A stretch of DNA of 63,944 nucleotides, counting the filler, from Collodictyon triciliatum (taxonomy: Eukaryota): assembly GCA_043381765.1 (NCBI GenBank). It is 8 parts of 8 records of this genome, joined end to end, with 100 filler letters (N's around TTAATTAATTAA, not from the genome) between each part and the next. Parts side by side here need not be neighbours in the genome. Positions count along the whole stretch, not along the records: positions 8,468 to 16,833 come from JBHJMP010003456.1; positions 16,934 to 25,233 come from JBHJMP010003457.1; 6 more parts are not named here. One strand, given 5' to 3'. The position numbers were made by a program, and so were the translations under genes. Shown in pieces: positions 11,633-22,193 of this stretch. Within the stretch, counting starts at the first letter, position 1. The number at the start of each line of letters is the position of its first letter. The notes below the pieces were generated by a model. That model made no database searches, was not told the DNA's origin, and saw only the letters and a list, made by a program, of their open reading frames with translations.

Positions 11633-14243
11633 TCATACGGGTGGCAATGGCACATCGCGCTGTGGGTCCGACTGACTTTGTGGTGTTGCCCTGAAGCCAG
11701 AAGTTTCGTCCTGCCCTCTAACCTGCAATTTAGTACCGTGTAAGTGATACGAGGGAACAGTAGAACGAAAAAAAAAAAAGTTGTTTTCGGTGTCTGTTTT
11801 CTTTTTCTTTTTCTTATCCTTTTCTTATCCTTTTCTTATTCTTCTCCCCAGAGTTAAAGTGTATTTTAGAAAGTGTATGACGAAATAGGACCGATGTGAA
11901 ACCCTACCCTTGACAGAGACTCGTCCATGTCTGTGCGTGCCCTAGGGGCTCGGATATCGCCCTCCATAATGGAACGGAGATAGTCGTACTCACTCCGAGT
12001 CTGTTTGCGGTATTCCTCCAGCGTAGACCGGTTTCTGCTTATTGCCAGTTCGACTGCGCGCTTGAGCTCTTCAGTCTCCTGTCGCCTCTGTTGGTATCAT
12101 GAAAACCATTCCATTTAAAAACGTTAATTTGATTCCCAAAGAACAGCGGTATTGAATTCACACATTGTGCAACTATCGATGAAAAAGAAAGCTAGCAAAA
12201 TAATGACGAGAAATAATATGTGGTCACAATATGACGTGGCAGACGAAAACCACCATGAATATCAAACACGAATAGGGAAACCATCAATGAGTTAAATCGA
12301 ATAAGGTCAACCTTGATGTTTGATGCCTTTAGTGTCCATATTTGATTGATTTCGTCTTCCATTAACTTGATTTTGGAGACGATTGCCTCAATGTCCTTCT
12401 CAATTTTTGCCTTTGTTTCCTCGCCGAATGACCGACGTCTTATGAGGCCGCCTCCGTCAGGCGACTCTTTCAAGAAGGTGTCCCGTATGGAGATTATGTC
12501 GGACATCTGGGTCTTGAGTTCTTTGAGTTTCATGAGTTCTCCATCTAAGGGGCTTACACTCCGGTCCAGATATGCTCGCATTTCCTAAGAGCCCGTTAAG
12601 AATTAATAAACAAAACTATATGCGTATCTCATTACCGTGATGACGGCTGTATGTTACTACATATTGCTTTACACACGTGAAATAGACGGGTAAGTGGAAG
12701 TAAATCGTGAGCATACCACCATTTGTCGCTCTATTTTTTCGTTCAATAAAGAAAATTCAGCATCAACACGAGGTTTCCACGAAAGAATTTCCTGCAAGGC
12801 AGAGGCCGATGATGTATGGGAATGAATGTCGCTTGCAGATGAGGACACGCCGCTCCGCGTAACCTCATTCAAGCGAACGCTTAACTCTGACACAGATCGG
12901 GCGAGCTGTTCGTGGGATTGCATTAGATGAAGCAAATCTCTGCTGCTCGCTACGGCCGGGGCTGCAGATTCTGGAATGGCTAATAAGGCTGCAGGCTTTT
13001 TTGATTTGATGTCTTCGAGACTTTCAATCATTTTGCCCATCTGAAGGCGGACAGATTCATAGTCTCTCTTTGATGAGTCTGATAGTGAGGCGAGATTACG
13101 AGCAGTTGCTTCTCCTTGGACCTTCAAATTTGCATTCTCTTTGGCCAGATTTTCGACGAATAAGCAGATATCGTCGAAGCGGTTCTTTTGCACAAGCTCA
13201 CTTTTTAGGGTTGCAACTTCGCCTTGCACAGACTGTAGCGTTGTGAAGACTAATGAACTGTGGCGATTGTAGTTGGCGATGTCCTTGTCGATTCCATCTT
13301 TCCACCTACGGTATTCTTTGGCATCTGTTTTGTTTTCTCGAAGCTCATTGGCTTCGGTGTGGAGCTTCTTGGAGAGGCTTTCAACTTGATCTTTCGTGGC
13401 TGCTACGGTCTCGTGGAGTGTATTTCGATCCTGATCTACATGTGCTTTCCATGATAGGATTTCTGTCATTTGTTGCGAGTTTGATTTGCTAACGGCTTCA
13501 CGGAGACCTTGAATCTCTTGCGTGTGGGTGTATATTTGTGAGCGAATTTGTGGGAGGGATGCATCGTGTACTTCACGCTGAACAGACCGTATGGATTCGG
13601 CCATCGAGTCAACTGTTCTTCTCTGTTCGGCGAGTGTAGCTTCGATTGGGGCTTGGCGACTAGAGACGGAGTCAGTTGAGGCTCTTACTTTGTCCAAAAC
13701 TTGTGTGCTGGTGAGTCTGTCCTTGTCTACCTCTCGTCTCCAGCGAAGGATGTCTTGTATCTGTGTTGTTGTAGATGCCTCGAGGGATTTCGAAACGATC
13801 GTTTGGGATGCCAAAGCATCTTTCAAGGTGATGATTTCGCCCTCAAGCTTGGATATAAGATCAGTTTGAGATAACTTTTCCTTCTGTCTTTGTGCTTTCT
13901 CTAGCTCCAGTTGCTCTTGAAGGTCAGAAAATTTGCCAGTCAGCGAAGAGAGAGTAGCTACATTTCGATGTTATTAATATTGTTTCCCCTCTTCTTCTTC
14001 TTTTTTTTTTTTATACATAGACCAATCATGACTTAGGGTCAATTAATATAAATAATCGACAAAAAAAAAAAAATAATTGCATACAGTCCGTGAAAGGAAA
14101 ATCACAATAATAGTATTATAATTTTAATTCTGTCGATAGTGATAACTTTACAATTTTTCAGAGTGCTCTACTTTTTTGTTTTGTTTTGTTTTGTTTTGTT
14201 TTGTTTTGTTTTGTTTTGTTTTGTTTTGTTTTGTTTTGTTTTG

Positions 14244-14274
<31 letters not shown>

Positions 14275-16582
14275 TATATAAACAGGAAAGAAAAATAAAA
14301 TAACTTACACATGACTTGATAGAGAGTTGCATCACTCCCGGATGTTTCTTGATGAGAGTTTACAGTTCTGCCCTGAGAATTTCCTTGTCCCTTGTATGGA
14401 CTTGATGTTTTCTGCCCATAAGCGGCGTTTGTCGATGCGGTCACAGGGGCTACGTTTTGATCAGCAGTGTCAACCTCTCGTCGATGATTTTCCCGCTCTC
14501 TCTGATGGGGCTGTTCATCCTTCCAGACATACCCCAGATCTTGGCGAGAGGAACGGGTAGATTTTGTCGGCTCTGTTTCATGCTTCTGAGCGGAGTATTC
14601 CCCTGATGGGACATTTGGTCTTTGGGCTGGTTTTTGAGTGGCTGCTTCGACAGCATAAGGTCCGTTGGCGGAGGCCGTGTTTCCCACAGCAGTATGTTTT
14701 TGCTGGTCATGCATAGCAGTTTTCTTTTGAGGTGACCAGTGTTGCGTTGTCTGTGAATGTGAATCAGCATGTTCATGCGCAGAAGCAGATGTCCCTTGCA
14801 CGTAGCCGATATTGGAGTTAGCCGGAGCACCGCTCTGACCGCCACTCCTTGAAGCAGACTTGTCTGCGTTTGTTGTGTAGAAGAATGAAAATATTTGAAC
14901 ATTTAAGGAGTTGAAGAAACGGGGTAAATGAAATAGAGAGAGAGAGAGAGCAAAGAGAAGTTAAGGGGGAAATATAATCTGAAATAGTTCATAGTATGTA
15001 TGAAAACAGGCTAGAAGTTACAAACACTAAGAGACGATGAACGAAGAACAAAGTGACAGGAGCCACAAACGTATGGAAGGACGACCCGAGAAGAGAGATT
15101 CTCACCTGGAGCGACGTCACCGCCGCGCTTATCACCCACGACGCCCGGCTCCTCATCCTCGTCGCTGTCAGCATCGCCATTGCCATTGCCATTGCCATTG
15201 CCATTGCCATCGCCATCGCCATCGCCATCGCCACGATCCGGGTCGTTCTGGAGATAGAGAGGCCCGCGGTCGATGCGGTAGAGCTGAGAGGGTCTGCGCC
15301 CGGCATCTGCGATGGACTTTTGGTCGTGGTCCGGGACGGGGAGAGGGGAAGGGACAGGCAGAGGGAGAGGGAGAGGGAGAGGGACGGGGTCCGGGGCGAG
15401 CCACGGGTGCGCGCGGATGTCGGCGAGGGAGATGCGGAGGCGGGGGTCCGGCTGGAGGATGAGGCGGACGAGGTCCCTGACGCGGTCGGAGCCGTTGCGC
15501 GGGGGGTGGCACCTGCCGGAGATGATGCGCTGGCAGAGGAGGTGGTGGTTGGGCTCGTCGAAGGGGAAGCAGCCGTTGAGGACGGCGTAGAGGATGACGC
15601 CCATGGACCAGACGTCGACGGCCGGGGTGTAGGGGTGCCCCAGCAGCATCTCGGGCGAGTTGTATGTCGGCGAGCCGCAGATGGTCTTGAGCAGGTCGGC
15701 CTCGCCGCCGCCGCCCTGGATGGAGTTGGACAGCCCAAAGTCGGTGATCTTGACGGCGTGGTGTGCGTCCAGCAGGATGTTTTCCAGCTTGAGGTCGCGG
15801 TGCACAATCTGGTGCCGGTGGCAGTGCTCCACGCCCTCCATGATCTGCCGGAACAGCACGCGCGCCTCCGCCTCGGGCAGGAACGCCCGCCGCGTCGTGT
15901 ACTCGAGCAGGTCGCCGTTCTGCGCGTACTCGAGCACCAGGTAGATCCGCTGCTGCTCCTCCACCACGTCCACCATCGACACGATGTGCGCGTGCCGCAG
16001 CCGCCGCAGCGCCTCGATCTCCCGCTTGATCCGCTCCATCCCGTTCTGCGCGTTCACCCGGCTCCGGTGGTAGATCTTGATCGCAACCTCCTCCTGCGTC
16101 TGCACGTGCGTGGCCAGCCGCACCTTCCCGAAGCCCCCTTCCCCGATCGTCCGTCCGAGCCGGTACTGCCCCACCACCCGCCCTTCCTCGTCCCCGGCCT
16201 GTGGTTGTGGTTGTGGTTGTGGCTGTGGCTGTGGTTGTGGTTGTGGCTGTGGCGGAGCCTGTGGCTGTGGTGGATGTGCCGCTGTGTAGCCGCGTCCGGC
16301 CCCGTAGCCGTATCCCGTGTACCCGCCGTATCCTGCGTAGCCCTGTGCGGCGGTGGTCTGGTACGGCGGGTGCGGCGCGTATCCGCCTTGTCGGGCAGGT
16401 TGCTGTGGTTGTGGCTGTGGCTGTGGCTGTGGTTGTGGCTGATGGTGCGGCTGTGTGGCCATGGCGGTGGTGTGTGGGCTGGTCGGCTGCGCTGTGGGTG
16501 GGGCTCCGCCCGGTGTGCCGCTGCCGGTATAGCGTGTCCCCACGGTGAAGGTGGTCCGGTTGCCCGCGTAGTTGGCGTACAT
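11633..16582 (-). CDS. Ser/Thr kinase of the CAMK group (AMPK/SNF1/MARK-like) with Gln/Pro-rich N-terminus, low-complexity linker and long C-terminal coiled coil; multi-exon
   Basis: Motifs GEGGFGKV, VAIK, HRDLKLEN, DFGLSN and LKTICGSPTYNSPE. Donor CAG|GTGAG at 15105 joins in phase 1 to the exon starting near 14863. Further exons match ORFs 14274-14801, 12669-13826 and 12192-12581, then ~12090-11908 and a last exon ending in TGA at 11633-11635. Confidence 0.85.
14170..14274. repeat. (TTTTG)n intronic microsatellite
   Basis: Visible tandem array. Confidence 0.9.
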
Positions 16583-16719
16583 GTCTGCGTTCAGTCGGTG
16601 TCGGGGTTTCCGTGGGGGTGTGTGCGGTTAGTTTGAAGGTGTGTGCACCTCTCCTTTGTTTTGTGTTTATCTATTTATTTATTTATTTATTGTTTCTTTG
16701 CTTCTTGTATTTTGTTTCT

Positions 16720-16830
16720 TGTATTTTATTTCTTTGTTCTTTATTTCTTTGTTCTTTATTTCTTTGTTCTTTATTTCTTTGTTCTTTATTTCTTTGTTCT
16801 TTATTTCTTTGTTCTTTATTTCTTTGTTCT
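16720..16830. repeat. 15-bp minisatellite (TTCTTTGTTCTTTAT)n at contig end
   Basis: Visible tandem array. Confidence 0.85.
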
Positions 16831-16833
16831 TCA

Positions 16834-16933
16834 NNNNNNNNNNNNNNNNNNNNNNNNNNNNNNNNNNNNNNNNNNNNTTAATTAATTAANNNNNNNNNNN
16901 NNNNNNNNNNNNNNNNNNNNNNNNNNNNNNNNN
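16834..16933. other. Artificial contig linker
   Basis: N44-TTAATTAATTAA-N44. Confidence 0.99.
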
Positions 16934-17189
16934 TTTTTTCTTTTTTTCTTTTTTTCTTTTTTTCTTTTTTTCTTTTTTTCTTTTTTTCTTTTTTTCTTTT
17001 TTTCTTTTTTTCTTTTTTTTCTTTCCCTTCGGTCTCATTCAGTCTGTAAATGGATAAACTTCATAACAAAGGTTGTGACAAATTTGGTTTTATCCCTTTC
17101 AAGCACAACACTTTTTATACAACGAAAGTGTGCACATTTATAGCAGTTTATTGCACAAACAACCATCAAATTAAATCTGGATTGACAAA

Positions 17190-17200
17190 AGCAGGAGCTT

Positions 17201-17237
<37 letters not shown>

Positions 17238-17317
17238 TCTTCCTTTCAATTTTGTGCAGGATGGTGAAGATGTTGGCTTTGGTTCGCTAGCCATCGTTTG
17301 CTAGCAGGAGCTTTGAT
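17190..17317 (-). mobile_element. Short 5'-truncated retroposed insertion with poly(A) tail and 15-bp target-site duplication
   Basis: AGCAGGAGCTTTGAT at 17190-17204 and 17303-17317 flanks a T run (17204-17235) plus about 67 nt of unique sequence. On the minus strand it ends ...GAAGAATAAAAAA. Confidence 0.8.
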
Positions 17318-17827
17318 AAATCCAAGAGATAAGCTGAATAATACAATAGTATACTTAGTATATATAATAAGGTTAAAAATACTTAATAATCTCATTGTAT
17401 TCCTGTAATCAATTTATATTTTTACTTTATGTAATATTCGCATTAAAATTCAAAAATTACAGACAAGCCCTTACCTTGGCCCAGACAGAACCCACACCAT
17501 AAACTTGCCGTCAAACATGCATTTCCAAGAAGCATACTATCCACACTTGCGGCGGTAATCATGATGTTTGGGGCCGATATGTTGACTTTCAGTCGCAATG
17601 GCTATATGGCCGTCCTTTCGAACTCGCCGAATCGGCTCTCAGTGGTTTGTCTCAAATCACTTATAATAAACTTGGTGCGTTTGTTAGTTGCAATGCACAC
17701 ATTTTGTGAGTCTTGGTAGATGCTTAATTTTATGCAGTTTTTATTAAATTGACTTATTGAGTGAAGTTTTATTAAAATTGAAAACTCGGTGGTTTTCTAA
17801 AGGAAAAAGCAAAACAAAGACTTTCAA

Positions 17828-19660
17828 ATGAAGAAAAGAAAACGTCTTGAGTCTGAGAATCTAAAGTCGGTAAAATCAGGCTATCGAAACGTGAAAACAT
17901 CTCTAAAGTCGATTGTAAAGAATGCGGATGGCTATGACATAATCAGCGATACGGTTTTATTGCGTCATAATTTGGTTACCGACACTTCTCTGTTTGCAAG
18001 ATGCTACATATTGAAATCACAACAACTCCCAACAATCGATGAAATTGCATTTTGTATGCTTTAAAGACAGTCGGAAAAGTTTCACAAGATAGACCCGCAT
18101 TTTAAATAAAAAAAAACCAGAAATGAGAGATGACATGGTATCTTTTTATCTCAATCATTTTCGATTCCTTTTGTCCGGGAAGAACGCATTCCATTAGTTG
18201 GATTGTCTCATGTATTACCGGACTTGACGAAGTAAATGTTAACAGCTTATCATAATAATCATCAAGGAGTATTTTTTTTAAAAAGAGGTTACTGCGCTAC
18301 GTAAATCAAATAGTTCCTAAATATGAGAATATGACGGAAGCTATTAAAAAGGCAGAGTTACGAAACTTAAAAAAAAGCCATCTTCAAGAATCTCGAAATA
18401 CCAGAACAATATAAAGAGTGGGCTACAACGCATTTGAATCATATCATTCCCAGCGATATTGTAAAAGGTGTCGAATATGTCGCCAAAGTCAATCCAAATA
18501 AGTACATTCCATGTCTGATTTACATGAACCGCTTTTTTGAGGACATTGAAACCAAACTGTTTAACCAATCCCTTTAAGAACAAACAATATACCATGTCAT
18601 ATTACTCTAGATACTGCATCTTTGATAGATCTATTAGTATCATCTGGAAAAACATAATTACTGAAGAATATATCAGGATGCAAGGAGACCATATGGTATA
18701 AGTTCTTTGAAACGAAGAAGAGGGTTTTCATCAAAGAGACTACAATTTTATATACATGATACAAACAGACGGGTTGGCGGTGTCATTATTGTTTGAAAAG
18801 AAAGGTAATTCAAATTCAAATATAATCAAAAAAATCCCCCAAAAATGTTTATATAGATGAACTTACGAAGAGCAGTTATCTTTATTAGCGAAAAAAATAA
18901 AATAGTTGGAGTGGACGCAGGCACGTTTAGTTTGGTTTACATGGTGAATGAGGCAGGTAAGAAATCACGTTACACAGCACACCAAACAAGACATGATAGC
19001 AAATCTCTTTAAAATCACAAAATATTCTTGCGCGAGAAAAAAGTACAATGCTTCAGGGATATGTATGGCAACAGGTTTACAAAGTGCTATTTCTTTTGGT
19101 CATATGACTTTTGAAGTGAATCAGCGGTTTGAGATTAAGAATACCTTTAATCGATTTAGAGACAGAACTGAGTAAACATAATTCATGCACAGTCGATTAA
19201 GAAAAATTTCTAGAATATATATATGAAATCAAGATACCAGATAGAATTTTCCAGATTTTATGAACACGTAACTTCTCGAAAGATGAGATGTAGACAGTAT
19301 GCTAACACAAAAAGAAGTGAACAATTGTTTATGGACCGAATCGAAAAGGCATCTGTCAAGGATATTGTACTGGCGTATGGAGACTGGAGCAGAAAATGTC
19401 ATATGAACCATTTTATGCCAACAATTGGAAGAGGATTACGAGAAATACTATACGAACGTTTTGAAACAGTTTGTGTAAATGAATTTAGAACATCCAAGAT
19501 GTGCTGTAACTGAGAAAAAGAACTGGAATATATAATACTGAAAGGAAACTCAAAAAAAGTTGTATAGATGTCTCATATGAAAAGAATGCAATCGCTCAGA
19601 AAGCAAACAAACTATATTCTTGACAAGGAACTTTAGAAGCGCTAATAATGCGCTTAACAC
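17828..19660 (+). pseudogene. Degenerate Fanzor1 (eukaryotic TnpB-like RuvC nuclease)
   Basis: Ordered fragments across frameshifts and stops: N-terminal VKTSLKSI; RTNNIPCHITLDT; YMIQTDGLAVSLLF (~18753-18794); RuvC-I IVGVDAG (18902-18922); LAYGDWS...PTIGRGLR (~19370-19440); RuvC-II VNEFRTSKMCCN* (~19475-19513); RCLI*KEC zinc ribbon; RuvC-III LTRNFRSANN (~19620-19649, Asp replaced by Asn). Confidence 0.85.
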
Positions 19661-19704
19661 AGTTTTTTCAATCCTTCAAAAAACTCGTACACCTTGCTTT
19701 AAAA

Positions 19705-19827
19705 AATAGACTGTCGGGTCTTTCCTGGCAGCCTTCACCACTACACAAACTTTGTGAAAAAAGTGGGGAGATCTTGGATACTGGCGCACCAGGTTTACCA
19801 ATCGAAAGAATGGTTTACCCCTTCTAG
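19705..19827 (+). ncRNA. Putative Fanzor omegaRNA scaffold / element right end
   Basis: Four successive stem-loops directly after the Fanzor ORF: CTGTCGGG/CCTGGCAG (19711-19731); TCACCACT/AGTGGGGA enclosing CACAA/TTGTG (19735-19769); CTGG-CGCA-CCAG (19781-19792); GAAA-tetraloop hairpin (19792-19819). Ends in CTAG at 19824-19827. Confidence 0.6.
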
Positions 19828-20202
19828 TATAATTAATAAGTAGTCAACAATCACTCATGAACACTTCAGCTCCGTCGACCAAAATTATTCTGCAGCAAAG
19901 CGGCAGCTTAAGTCGAAAGTCATTCTTTATCAAAACCGAAGCAAAGAGTAAATCTTCTTTCAGAGGAACACCACGCGATCACCTGTTCGTACCAGCCGTA
20001 ATCAAACAGAGCAAGTGTATCACAAGAACAGCTCCGCTTCAACTAAAGAGGAAAAAAAGTCTGATTATTAAAGTAGAGAAAGAAAGAAAGAGAGAAAGAG
20101 AGAAAGAGAAAGAGAAAAGAGAGAGGATCAACGAAACCAAACCTTGGCAAGGGAGCGGCGAAGCGTTAACTCCTTCCACCTCAGAAACGCTTAGGAAGCA
20201 CA

Positions 20203-20481
20203 ATGACAGACGACCTGGCCTCCTCAATGCTGCCCCTGTGCCGCTTAATGATCGGAGACCTTTGCGACCAAAGCAACGATCCAACGCAGACGGTTCTGGT
20301 GGTTCTTTTGATCTTCTGCGTCGCCTACATATTCTTGCGAGTCGCCTTCGGACTAGTTCTTGTCGTGCTCTACAACACCTCCCTCATCATTGATAGGCTT
20401 CTTACGACCGTTGTCCCCATCTTGTGTATCTTCGGCCTGCTGGTTCTTTCCTACCTCAAAGTTGCAGACAACTTCTACTAA
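20203..20481 (+). CDS. Small hypothetical membrane protein (92 aa, 2-3 hydrophobic segments)
   Basis: Intact ATG-to-TAA ORF, GC-richer than its flanks, with hydrophobic stretches. Confidence 0.4.
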   Translation: MTDDLASSMLPLCRLMIGDLCDQSNDPTQTVLVVLLIFCVAYIFLRVAFGLVLVVLYNTSLIIDRLLTTVVPILCIFGLLVLSYLKVADNFY

Positions 20482-21934
20482 AGAGGCTTCCGTTTCCTTC
20501 TCTACATCTCACTCTTTTTCGTATCACCCAGATGATGTGGGTAAACCACATTGATTCACTTAGACCATAAAGACATGTTTCATGGATAGAGATGCCTCTT
20601 CGTGTTCATATAGCCATACCTTTTATCGATATAAATCTGGTATTTGTTTGGATGTATTCAAAGATATGGTTGACATGGCCCAAGGATAACTTTGACTCAT
20701 GAGAAATAGTTGCCGGTAAATTATGTGGTAAATTTATTTATTTTTTTATTGCGTTTCATTTCATTATGAATGCATATACTTACATTACCTTTGCATTACG
20801 GTCAATATTAAAACTAGAAGACATCCTTTACTTTCCATGAAAGTGTTGAAAAAAAAAACAAATCAGGACTGCTTTGATATGATTTACCTTATGAGGCTTT
20901 GTCACGCCAGCCTAAGGCTCTGTGATGCCCAACACTACTAAAGGAATAAAGAGCTGAGCAAGCAAGTCCTTAGATGCGCGCTATTTCAGGGAAATGAAAA
21001 TATCAGCTTTGGATTATTGTGCACTGGTTCATATCTTGCAAGACATATGCTAATTGCATATCATTCTAAGAAACAGATGACTCATGTTCTCCAGGATGCA
21101 AAGACCAATGAAAGCACGCAAATTACATGTGAGTATAGCTTCTAAATGTAAAATTACAAATCGTTGCTAATATATAATACATCAATCAAAAATGGGATAT
21201 TTAGGCGATATGAAGTGACAGGGAAGATTGAAGGAAATGTTTTGGGCAAAGTCGACAAGACTGTGGAGAAGTCCATGTTTATTGACTCAAAGTGATAAGT
21301 GAGGGAGCAGTGAAAATAGAAACCACGTGGCATCTGTTGGTCAAATCCATAAGTCAGAACCATGATGAATTTGAAGTTGTGAAGGTATAAGAGCGCATTG
21401 CAACAGGCCTTTTCCTCGACCACAGAAGATAAGGGAATGAATAAGCAACACTTGTATGGGGAATGATTGCGCTGGGACAATAAATAAAAAAAAAATCTGC
21501 GTATCAATCAGGCATGCAAAATTAGTGGTGGCACATTCTGGAGAACATCTTGAAAAAAAAATAATCTCGAGATGCATCAAAGGACTTATCACTCATGAAT
21601 TACAAGAGGCAATCTTTCACGTACTCCTCGCGGCGCCGTGAGATTGCTCATGTAAAGGAAGAGATGGGTGAGCATAGACTGCTGACAGAAGTAATCATCT
21701 TTTGGAGTGTTTCGCTGTATCACACCAGACCGCGCGGTCCAACTTGATTAACAAGAAGACTTGCTTTTGTGCATTATTGTGCGTTGAAAAGCCCGGAAGC
21801 GCAATGTTGTGTAAAGCTTTATTTATTTATTTTTTTTTTACTCTCGGCATGGTTAAGGTAACAAGTTTCGCGTGTCGATCACATGGTAGCATATTTGAAT
21901 GGTGGTTGCGAATTGGGCACTTTTTCTCTTTTTG

Positions 21935-22110
21935 GTTTTTTGTTTTTTTTTATTTTGTTTTTTTATTTTGTTTTTTTTATTTTGTTTTTTTTATTTTGTT
22001 TTTTTTATTTTGTTTTTTATTTTGTTTTTTTTATTTTGTTTTTTTATTTTGTTTTTTTATTTTGTTTTTTTTATTTTGTTTTTTTATTTTGTTTTTTTAT
22101 TTTGTTTTTT
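21935..22110. repeat. (TTTTTTATTTTG)n-like minisatellite
   Basis: Visible tandem array. Confidence 0.85.
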
Positions 22111-22193
22111 CAGCTTCTCGATAAGGCGGCATAAATTGGTCTCTCAGTGATCGGTTTGTGACTAACTGCACTATGATCCACTGCAGCTAGTAG

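Noticed and set aside
15053-16636. 527-aa plus-strand ORF overlapping the kinase
   Set aside because: Antisense shadow of a high-GC3 coding exon; no domain content.
16720-16830. Tandem 11-15-bp repeats as a CRISPR-like array (also 25110-25230, 43845-44046)
   Set aside because: Head-to-tail low-complexity units with no spacers and no cas genes, in a eukaryotic context.
19511-19581. Two TGA codons at Fanzor zinc-ribbon Cys positions as selenocysteine or UGA=Cys recoding
   Set aside because: The element has many other stops and frameshifts, host genes end in TGA, and TGY>TGA is a single substitution. Decay is sufficient.
20900-21700. Decayed coding-like sequence downstream of the small membrane ORF
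   Set aside because: Only short broken frames with no recognisable motif.
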